From the NCBI GenBank assembly GCA_002269645.1, contig NIVC01000040.1, positions 186,001 to 250,000 of the forward strand: a stretch of DNA of 64,000 nucleotides, in the 5' to 3' direction. The notes beneath the pieces are model-generated. The model was not told the origin of the DNA. It worked only from the letters and a program-made list of their open reading frames with translations, and did not search any database. The stretch's first letter is position 1, and every line of letters starts with the position of its first letter. Origin of the DNA: Macrostomum lignano (lineage: Eukaryota). Positions 24,938 to 35,227 of this stretch are shown piece after piece. The translations under genes and the position numbers were made by a program.

Positions 24938-25421
24938 CTGCTGTTTAAAGTACCTCCTGTCCTCCTCATCGATAAGCACGAGATTAAGAAAGTAGCGCAC
25001 AGAGAATCTCTTATTAACGTCTCGCATAGTAGGCGTGAGTTCGTAGCCACTGAGAAACAGCCTAATAGGTATAGTCTCGCCTTTCACCGGAGCTCCGTCC
25101 ATGATTTCAAATTTGGCAACGGTCTCGCAGTCGCTCATACTGTTTGGCCCGACTCCAACTAATTCTCTGCGCAGAATTTGCACCTCCATGTGGCGCACCT
25201 TGATTCTAACTAATAGGAAGTAGATTTTACCAATTATGGCGTCCTTCAAATGATATTTCGACTTGTTGTATTCGAATTCAATGTGCAGACAGTCCTCTAT
25301 GCCGACTTCCATTTTGATGCCGCCAAGCGTGTCGGGGTACTGGGCCAGCGTGTGCACCAGGAAGTCCTGCTCTTTAACTAGATCGTTGAGCCGCTTAGTG
25401 ACCGTGACTCTGATGAAGTAC
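24938..25421 (-). CDS. VPS26: VPS26 exon 4 (YFIRV...[26 protein letters not shown]...[11 protein letters not shown])
   Basis: Near-invariant VPS26 motifs. Acceptor ttatcag, donor CAG|gtgaga. Confidence 0.97.
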
Positions 25422-25600
25422 CTGATAAATTTATTATTGATAGCTAAGATATAGCCAATAGCTTGCAATACCTAGGAACCGTCTCGATGAAAACGGTATT
25501 TAGGCCAAGAAGCATCCAATGGAGTCGTTGCAGGGTAACACAGGTAAGATAGGATGAAAGAAGTGACTCTACACGACTCTAAAAAACAGATACTAAAATA

Positions 25601-25945
25601 ACTAGATGAGCCACCCAGGCATATATACGAGTACATATAAAACAGCTTTCTACTTTCAGTTCAGTAGCAAAGAAGAATACATAAGTTATTTCATAAAAAT
25701 AAAAGCAGCTATGATAAGTTTAGAAGCCCAAGCTCGCACGCGTAAACAACTTGCTAATTGGTTCAGCAATAATGTACGTTAGCCAGTCCACTGAAATGTA
25801 CATGGCAGCTTTAGGCTAGAGTTCAGAGAAAGGCAATAAAACTGGGGCTGGGAGGGGTGAGAGCTAATAAATTAAATGATCCTATCTAACCTACTACTGA
25901 ACTGAAAGTAGCTTTCACGCAAATGTGCTGAGTGGCCCATCTAGT
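25601..25945. mobile_element. Palindromic MITE, copy A (VPS26 intron 3)
   Basis: TA|ACTAGATGAGCCAC ... GTGGCCCATCTAGT|TA, with an additional subterminal IR (actttcagttcagtag). Homologous to 41963-42378. Confidence 0.75.
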
Positions 25946-26290
25946 TATTCTAGTATCGGTACTCGAAAACGACTAGATGTCAAAAAGTTGTCAAAGAGTC
26001 GCCTAAGAGTCAATTTGAGTCGCCAGAGTCGCTATAAGTAAAATTGAGTTGCGTCTAAAGCGCATCTTCATCACTTTATGAATTTGAACTCCATGTAGTC
26101 TACTTGAGTTATCAGAAAGGTAAGCGCTGACACAACGATTGTTGGGTGACTTTTCGCATCTCTTTTACGATTCTGCAACTCACGTCATACGCTCGTGACT
26201 TAACGATCTGAGTCATCCCCAGATAGTCACCAAGTGAGGTGTTAGCAATGACACTCATTAGCGATTGTTGTACCCACTTGTTTGTCTTAC

Positions 26291-26447
26291 CTGAGCTTGA
26301 CATTGACGCCAAAATAGCTCTCATATGGTTTCTCAACGCTGACAAATTCGAACTCGAGACAGCAGCTCTGAGTTAGAATGCCCGGCCTAGCCAGCTCCCT
26401 AGCCATAGACAGAAACTCGTGCTGGCTGCTACGATCGGAAAATTGTT
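26291..26447 (-). CDS. VPS26: VPS26 exon 3 (EQFSDRSSQHEFLSMARELARPGILTQSCCLEFEFVSVEKPYESYFGVNVKLR)
   Basis: Matches the VPS26 ELA.PG.L / EKPYESY.G.NV.LR segment. Acceptor gcgcag, donor AG|gtaaga; phases 1 and 2 fit the neighbouring exons. Missed by the ORF track. Confidence 0.93.
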
Positions 26448-26592
26448 CTGCGCGTTGTGTGAAACAGATTATATTACTATTAGTAAGACTAAATGCGAGT
26501 TGAAATTTAAAAAAAACTTACAAGAAACATGGGATGAATTAAGAAATTTTCGACCCAACTTCAATAACTTTATAATGCGTTTGGTAAAATTA

Positions 26593-26764
26593 TTCCTAGT
26601 GGTCTAGTGCGGCGCTCTGGTGTACCAGCGGCCCAGGCTCGATTCCAAGTGCAGCCACATTAATTTGGCTCTGCTCGTGCAGATTAACGCCATTGAGGGG
26701 CCGAGGGCCAACCCCCAAGGCAATATGAAGTGTACATGCGGTAACCTGCCTAACGATAAATAAA
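26593..26764 (+). mobile_element. tRNA-Glu-derived SINE-like element / tRNA pseudogene
   Basis: ttcctagtggtctagtg-cggcgctct...gcggcccaggctcgattcc parallels eukaryotic tRNA-Glu (TCCCTGGTGGTCTAGTGG...CGGCGCTCT...GCGGCCCGGGTTCGATTCC) with part of the D-arm deleted. A and B boxes are visible, and there is an A-rich end (gataaataaa). Confidence 0.55.
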
Positions 26765-27076
26765 GTCACGGCAGCTGTGCACTCCTGTGTGTGTGTGTGT
26801 GTGCCTCTGCTTATGACTGCATGTGTGCCTGCTCAGGGGAGTCGGCGGAATGGGCAGCGATATGCCTCTCGCTGGTTGTGACAATGTCGCTTAAAGTGCG
26901 CTCAGCCTCAGTGCGAACAAAGCTCCCTGCCTCTGATAAGAAAAATAAAGAGATAAGATGAGAGGGGAGAGGAAAGAAGAGAGTTGAAGCGACATAAACC
27001 GTGAGCAGGCTGGATAGAGAGGCTGCAAATGAAAGAGTATATATACTACATAAACAATAAATAACAACATTCTCAC

Positions 27077-27287
27077 CAATAAGTCCAAGCAGTTCAACCT
27101 TAATTCCATAGTGCTCCATCTTGCTCTGCTTCAATCGAATGTTAACCTTGCCACTGACTGCTTCGCCATCAAAGTACACTGGGCAGGCCTCTTTTTTGCC
27201 ACTATCCAGCAGAACGTCACCTTTTTTCCGGTCATCAGAGCCATCCAGATGGATTTCCAGGTCGGCACTCGGGCCGAAGAGAAAGTT
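27077..27287 (-). CDS. VPS26: VPS26 exon 2 (NFLFGPSADLEIHLDG...YFDGEAVSGKVNI...EHYGIKVELLGLI)
   Basis: Matches the VPS26 N-terminus. Acceptor aaacag (phase 0), donor G|gtgaga. Confidence 0.95.
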
Positions 27288-28783
27288 CTGTTTATTGTTT
27301 TCAAAAAATAAATATATTAACAATGGATATGCGACCAAGTGTTTAGCTAGCAGGTCAAATTGAATCACTTAAGGCACTTTGGTATCCAGTCAAATGATTA
27401 CCACATTGAAGTATATATAGGTTATTTTGTTGAATCTTACGTAGATCTTAACTTTTGAAAAGAAAAATCACTGCCATTATATTCAAATAGTATATGCATG
27501 TTTGTTTTAATTTGACTTAGCCTGACTTAGGTCTATCCTATAGGCCAGGTGTGGATCCAGAAAATTTTGAATGGGGGCTATGAATGAATTCCCTTCCTCC
27601 TCTTCTCCCTGGACTGAATTTAGCAATAGTTATACAGTTTCTTGCTACTCGGACATGCTACTAGAAGTATTGTTGAAGTATATTCCTCAATATATTCCTC
27701 AGTAAGAAAAGAGGGATATTTTGTAAAAAAGTGTAACATTTATTAACATTAACATTAACATTTATCCATATTACAGAGCTCATAGGCCTGACATAACTGC
27801 CCTGTGGGCACAATGAAGGTTGGTGTAGATGGACATCTAGCCATCTATTCACTACAAGCAATTATCGGGACAATCAATTGAAACTTATTGAGATAAAGGT
27901 TTGAAATAAATACACAGTTATAATTAAAAATCAATCTAAAACTAATAATCTATGACTATATAAAATTTTGCGCTGTTTGTCTGTATGTATATCCATTATT
28001 GTTTTATTCAAGAAATGTTGAGCTAATTTTTTCAAATTTATAACCTTTAAAAAATTCCCATTTTTTGGAGATGATGCATAACTTTTTTGATAAAAAAATT
28101 CAAAAATGAAGTTGGTCAAACATTTGAAAAATAATTTTTATTGCTTTTAATAGGTGCTCTGTTTCTAAATTTAATATTGTTTAGTTCAACCATTTGGGCC
28201 TCTCTTTGGCCAATGGACAGTGTGGGATATATATTAAAAACAAAGCTAAAGGAGTTTTATGACCCTTCATGCGGTGGGCTTGCAATTTGTAGGGTTGGTT
28301 GAATTTTATTATTATTTACCAACCAGTCTAATAGACAATTAATGAAAGAGTGGGTGTATAAAGTGGTTAAAAAGCTAGCTTGAAGTTGAAATTTATCAAT
28401 CCCTTAAATGTCTCTGGTCTTGCTATCTTATTTTATAAATATAACACAGTATTCAGAAAATACTACAGCGCAGTTGCAGATAGGAGCAGTAGCTAATGGG
28501 CCCAATTAATTCAGATTCATTTGGCAAATTGGTATATATTATACACAATAAAATTTATAGTAATTGTTAGTGGGTCCAAAGAATTTTACCAATTGTTAGT
28601 GGTAGTGAGTCAAATATTTGAAAAAAAAGTTTTTAATGCCTTTGTAATGTAATAGGCTTCATTTTTAGTAGACTAACTTCTTATGAATGTAAAAAACAAA
28701 ACTCTATTATTTGATATATTGTACAAATATTAGAAATATTTTGCATATTTTATATGTTGAAGTACAGTATATATATCTATGCT

Positions 28784-29080
28784 CATACATGCGCAACATT
28801 CGGCCGAGTTGGCCGATCTGACTGACCAATTTGGCGACCAACCAAGGAAGTCGCAAAAATGCCCACCCGAAAAACACCTAAGTAGTAGTACTAAGTAGCT
28901 GACGAGGCATTTTGGCTTAATAAGAGAGTTATAGTTACTCCTGCCGTTTACCCAATGTTGCGTTAATTTTGCTTTACAGTTTTTTTACATGCAAGTCGCA
29001 TTTTTGGCCAAAAACTATGTCGCATTTTCGTTAAAACTAAGTTGCATGGCCGACTGAATTTTGGAGGTTGCGCATGTATG
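28784..29080. mobile_element. hAT-type MITE (VPS26 intron 1)
   Basis: Perfect 14-bp TIR CATACATGCGCAAC / GTTGCGCATGTATG. Perfect 8-bp TSD tctatgct at 28776-28783 and 29081-29088. Confidence 0.88.
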
Positions 29081-29479
29081 TCTATGCTACCAGTAGATTA
29101 ATACATGCACTACTATATATATATATATATATTCTACCAGTAGATTAATATATACACTACTAATAGATATATATGCTATCAGAAGTACAATATCTATAAA
29201 AGTACAAGTATTATGGGAACTATTAGTACAACTTTGGAGACTTAATGAATAGAGAGAAGTTTAGCCCTATGACAACTTAATGACAGTTTATAAGATTATA
29301 TTAAGGATAGAAGTAACCCCTATGTCACTTTCAATGTTTGAATTTTTTATTTGAATGCCTACCTACCATTGGGGGCTTAGAGTCATAATATATTTACTAT
29401 TTAGCAACATTAAAAAGTCACAGTTGCCAGCACAGAAGATTCTATCTGTAGTTGCCCCTTTTAAAGATAGAAGTGAGAG

Positions 29480-29890
29480 GGCATCACAAACCCAAAAAAT
29501 CACAACTCTGAAAAGCACTTTCCATCATAAACCCAAAATATCATAACTCTGAAATTGATAGCAACACACATCATAAACCCTAAAAATCACAATTCCAAAA
29601 AACACATTCGGAGTTATGATATTTTAGGTGTATGATGGGCAATGCTATTTTGGTTTTTGGAGTTGTGATTTTTTGGGTTTATGATGGGCGTTGCTATTAA
29701 TTTTGGAGTTATGATTTTTTGGCTTTATGATATTTCAGGTTTATGATGGGCATTGCTATTTTGTTTTTCAGAGTTATGATATTTTGGGTTTGTGATACTT
29801 TAGGTTTGTGATATTTAAGGTTTATGATATTTTGGGTTTATGATGGAAGGTGTTTTCGGAATTGTGATTTTTTGGGTTTATAATGGTGAC
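29480..29890. repeat. Inverted (foldback) tandem repeat
   Basis: ccatcataaacccaaaatatcataactctgaaa-type units to about 29610, then their reverse complements to about 29890. Confidence 0.8.
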
Positions 29891-31229
29891 CCTTGCAAAT
29901 AAAGTCTATCCATCTTTGCAAGTGACACAACTTGCTACATCATAGCAAGCTTGAGTTGAAGAATAAAGTGGGAGATATAGGGAATTATTTTGGGCACATA
30001 TATTGGGCGAGGCCAAGTTGAGTAAAGGGAAGAGAAGTGATACAATTTACTTAGGTTTATATATATAAAAAGTGGAGAGGTGAGGTGTTATCTAATTAGA
30101 GGTAAGGCTTTAAAGTTTGTACCTCAGCTTAGAGCATTTGGTCTAGCTGACTACTACATGTACATATAAGTGCACCCAACCCCCAACTAAGGCTGATCAG
30201 GTTAAGCGTGCAGGTATACCAATTGTAGACTGGCAGGCTGTCACACTATACTAGAACAATAATAATATTAATAGGCATTAAGAAGACTTACTACAAAGGC
30301 TAATAAATAGTTAATTGATTGACTATAATGGCAATTGATAGTTTTCATTCATTAATTTTATTTTATTTGATTTACTGAAGGCTTTATCATTTCAAACAGA
30401 GCTAAGCAGCCTAAGCTTGGTTTTTTGCTCTAAAAATCCTAAAGAAGGTCTGAGAAGCTTGAATTATATGCATTTCTATTTGTTAAACATTTCTTTTTGC
30501 GAAAACTGGGTATTGGAATAGAGTATTAAAATTAGGGTTTTGCCAATACTTAAATTTGGGTATTAGACTTTTAGAAAGGGTATTGGAGTATTAGTTTTCA
30601 CTGATACTTTTTTGAGAATCATGGCTAATATAGTCCAGAACAAATTTAATAATAGTTAAAGCATACAAACAAACCTTAGAGATTTAGTACATTTGGACTA
30701 TTATTCCCCCTAGTAGAACTTTTTGGCTATCCTGCAGAATTGTTTGTTAAATTCACTGTAGGGGCCTATGCACATTTTTTAGCTATTAGTATTGACAAAT
30801 TGAATGAAACTTTTTAAAAATGAATATTTTCATTATGCCAACATTTTAGAAGTGTTTAGAAGTGTCCATATTTGTTAGTTCAAGGACTGGGCAAACCTCT
30901 TGAGGTGGCACCATGCTTGGGCGCAACCTAGGGATTTACCTGGCCATTTCTATTGGCAACACACATGTAAGTCGCTATAGTATTTAAGGTTAAATAATTA
31001 AGATAATAATAACCCCTACAATACAACAATATATGCATTATGATTATGTACCTTATAACTAGCCTCCCTAGTGGCTAGCCTGCCTCTAGCCAGCTGGTTT
31101 AGGCCTAACATGTCTTGGCCTAGCCATGGCTATGCCTAGGCCTATCCATGCCCCATGGCAATGAATAATTAAAACATTAGGCCTATTTTATGAACAATAA
31201 AAGGCCACATTTGCCAAAAGTTTACTTAC

Positions 31230-31235
31230 CATCAT
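31230..31235 (-). CDS. VPS26: Probable VPS26 exon 1 (ATG ATG only)
   Basis: gaaaaATGATG|gtaagt is a perfect donor in phase 0, as exon 2 requires. A weaker alternative ATG|gtaggt lies near 29366. Confidence 0.55.
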
Positions 31236-31867
31236 TTTTCCTCGTGGTATTACTGGTTGTATGAACTTGGAATCTAATTGATTGAAGCTTATTTAAAAAC
31301 AGGAACTTATGAAAAGATTACTGTTTTATAGGGCCTAGTTATTATTAAAAATTGGCCTAAGTCAAGAGTTAGATTAAAATCAGTCGAACGAATTAGTCCT
31401 TAGATGCCAGTTGGCCAGGGCAGTTAGATTTAAGCGCCTTGATTAACAGTAATATGGTAGCGTAAGGTAGAAAGCAAGTGTGACTTGATTATTTAATTAA
31501 TGATTAAAACATGCATGAAATAGTATTCATCAATAAGGTTCCGTACAGAAACATCTTATAAAAGTAAAACACAGGTTAGTAATTTTTTGCTGCAATAAAC
31601 ATAGCGTTTGCTTACGAGCTTCAAAATCATTAAAAAGCTTAATTAAAAAAGAAATAAATGAAGCAAATAGTGCCTATTAGTTTTAATCGATAATAAAATT
31701 TTCCACGAAAATTATCACATTAATTTTATTTAATCTAGATGCTCTCCGATATTTCCCATATACGTACGTTTTTCAGATTTGTCAGCAGCCAAATTTTTGT
31801 GTTAGTTACTACATAATTCATTTTCGATTTGAATGAGGATAAACTTTCTGCTTTAACTGCAATTTGC
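31236..31867. promoter_or_regulatory. Putative bidirectional promoter / 5'UTRs of VPS26 and Ras
   Basis: Divergent start codons about 640 nt apart. A possible Ras 5'UTR intron runs 31575-31776 (cag|gttagt ... tttttcag). Confidence 0.45.
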
Positions 31868-31873
31868 ATGACA

Positions 31874-31904
31874 ATGTCTGAATACAAAATTGTAGTTGTT
31901 GGTG
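31874..31904 (+). CDS. Ras: Ras exon 1 (MSEYKIVVVG; in-frame upstream ATG at 31868)
   Basis: Canonical Ras N-terminus. Donor G|gtaagt, phase 1. Confidence 0.9.
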
Positions 31905-32768
31905 GTAAGTTATATCAATATTCCTTGTTAGACTTTTACTGCTCTTTAGCTTTGCATCGACAGTAATATGTACTTTTTATAAATGAATGAATTTTATTTT
32001 CTTATGTGAAATTAGATCCAATTTTACCTAAGGCAGTAAGCATAAAAGCAGACAATAAATTTTCATGTTTTCTTATGAACTATACTATGCTTTTTGTTTT
32101 TTGTTGGTTGCAAAATATTCTAATGGGTTTACACTGACAGAAATAAAGATAAAAAGATAAAAAATAAAGAAGTATAACAAATAAATCCTCATTCTAAAGC
32201 TTTTTAGATGACATAAGGGAACTTATTTTTAATTTTTTATTGATTATGTTCAATAATTAAAATTAGAGCTAAAATAGAATTATTTTAGAATAGAATTTTC
32301 AATAATTCAAATAGAAAATTATGTGAATTTATGATAGAAAAATATTTTTTGATTAAAATATTATTGCAATTATATCATATGCTTTTAAGTAGGATACAAG
32401 CATATTAACTTCTTTTCTTGGTATTTTATGTTAGACTTATTGTGCTTGAATATAGCTAATTTGCTTGTATAGATATATTTTCCTAATCATTATACTTTGT
32501 ATTAGAAAATATTCAATTAAATTGTATTCCTAGGCCTAAAAACATTCACTTGTAATTTTAAAATTAAAAAAATTAAACTTTGTATGATTACTTACTAAAC
32601 TATTTTTAAAAGAATAAATTTTATGTTAAATTTATAACTTTATCATAAAGTTTATGTCAAATAAGTTTTAATTTTAACTTTCCTTTTTTGATCACATGAG
32701 CAAAATTGAATTTTTAGTCCACAGTTTATTTATGTTCACTCACTTAGTGCTATTAATCCCTAATTTGA

Positions 32769-32945
<177 letters not shown>

Positions 32946-33099
32946 TAAGCAAAGTGTGGTACTTTCACATTTTCAAATAAAAAAATGGAATTATAGCTTA
33001 CTATAATTCCATTCCATATAATAATTCCATAATTCCATTCCAAGAAGTCAATAATACATTGATAGTCAGAAAAAAAGGGAACTTTGACATCTGAGGAAA

Positions 33100-33500
33100 T
33101 GGCACTTTGATTCCCTAGCATAGTGGAGTGCAAAAGTACCCTGAGCATAGGGGAATGTGGCAAAAGTCCCCAAAGCATAGGGGAGGGTAAAAGTCCCCTG
33201 AGTATAAGAGGAGACAAAAGACCCCAGAGAATAGGGAAGGGCAAAAGTCTCCTAAGCATGCGAGCATAGGTGAGGGCAAAAGTCCCGTAAGCGTAGGTGA
33301 GGGCAAAAGTCCCCTAAGCATAGGTGAGGGCAAAAGTCCCCTAAGCATAGGTGAGGGCAAAAGTCCCCTAAGCATAGGTGAGGGCAAAAGTCCCCTAAGC
33401 ATAGGTGAGGGCAAAAGTCCCCTAAGCATAGGTGAGGGCAAAAGTCCCCTAAGCATAGGTGAGGGCAAAAGTCCCCTGAGCATAGGTGGAGGGGTCAAAT
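33100..33500. repeat. 27-bp minisatellite (Ras intron 2)
   Basis: taagcataggtgagggcaaaagtcccc; reverse-complement relative of the 35.2-39.7 kb array. Confidence 0.93.
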
Positions 33501-34074
33501 GGGGGTCACATCAAATTGTTCTACAAAGTGGTCTCACGAGCTACTTACTGTCTGTAAGCTGTCAATATTTAGTGCGCGAATAATGTTAATTAAGCGTCTG
33601 TACTCAATAGTAATCAATCAGCGAGATGACTTTCGTGCATGCAATTTTCCCCATCAGATTGTCGATCATATGTAATAATTTTCATCCTTAATTAGACTTA
33701 TGCACTATAGACAGACTGACTGAGACTAATCAATTTTAGGTCTACGGCCTTGTAAATCTATTACGAAATGTACTACAAAGAGATGACTTCTTTGCTAAAG
33801 CTAAAATGACTGACAGACTGAACCAATTTTCTCTGACTGCTTGGATTAGTCAGTCTCCTTAAACTGTGCTTTTAGAATTTAGCAGGCTTAGGGTGAGTCT
33901 ATTAACGAAAGCCCATGACGCATGTGCTCCGAAAGGGACTTTTGTGACGCTTGTGTTTGCACCTGTCGATAAAAATGACTAAAATGATAAATTGGAGAAA
34001 AAATGATTTTGCCCAGGTGAACGCAACTCATGGCTTTTGTTGTTTGAAAATTGTTAGGAGTATAAGGGTAGATG

Positions 34075-34805
34075 CATAGGAGAGATGCAGAGTGTCGGAA
34101 GAGATGCAGTGTCGGGAGAGATGCAGGGAGTGTCGGGAGAGATGCAGAGTGTCGGGAGAGATGCAGTGTCGGGAGAGATGCAGGGAGTGTCGGGAGAGAT
34201 GCAGAGTGTCGGGAGAGATGCAGTGTCGGGAGAGATGCAGGGAGTGTCGGGAGAGATGCAGAGTGTCGGGAGAGATGCAGTATCGGGAGAGATGCAGGGA
34301 GTGTCGGGAGAGATGCAGGGAGTGTCGGGAGAGATGCAGGGAGTGTCGGGAGAGATGCAGGGAGTGTCGGGAGAGATGCAGGGAGTGTCGGGAGAGATGC
34401 AGTGAGTGTCGGGAGAGATGCAGTGAGTGTCGGGAGAGATGCAGGGAGTGTCGGGAGAGATGCAGTGTCGGGAGAGATGCAGGGAGTGTCGGGAGAGATG
34501 CAGGGAGTGTCGGGAGAGATGCAGGGAGTGTCGGGAGAGATGCAGTGAGTGTCGGGAGAGATGCAGGGAGTGTCGGGAGAGATGCAGTGTCGGGAGAGAT
34601 GCAGGGAGTGTCGGGAGAGATGCAGGGAGTGTCGGGAGAGATGCAGTGTCGGGAGAGATGCAGGGAGTGTCGGGAGAGATGCAGGGAGTGTCGGGAGAGA
34701 TGCAGTGTCGGGAGAGATGCAGGGAGTGTCGGGAGAGATGCAGGGAGTGTCGGGAGAGATGCAGGGAGTGTCGGGAGAGATGCAGTGAGTGTCGGGAGAT
34801 GCAGG
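34075..34805. repeat. 21/17-bp minisatellite
   Basis: gtgtcgggagagatgca(ggga). Confidence 0.96.
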
Positions 34806-35227
34806 TCATGTTGCAGGAAGCTTGTATAGCTATTTTTATATCTTAGGTTGCTCACTTGCTTTTGCCTCAGCCATCCACTTTAAGGCTTGGCCCTCTGTGT
34901 GAGGAGGAATATGGAAATGGGAATTTGTTGGCTCCCGCAGGCCAGCGCTAATTGCTTTTTTTGCCTCGTTTTTTCATATGCTATTTCTGGCCGTTTAGAG
35001 TCCCTACTCCTTAGCATCCTCCATTATGTCGGTTTTCAGCTTGTCTAGGATTTTCCCAAGGGAGAGCAATTTGTAATTTAGTTAGCCGGACACTAGCCCA
35101 GCTTTTATGTTCGGTCATTGCTACATTTTTTTCAAACCACCTGGTCCCCAGCCTTGCCGGCTGCCCGGACATAGTCCTTCCATGCTAGCTGGCTGCCTAG
35201 TCCTCCCTGCGATGGACTATTGATTGA

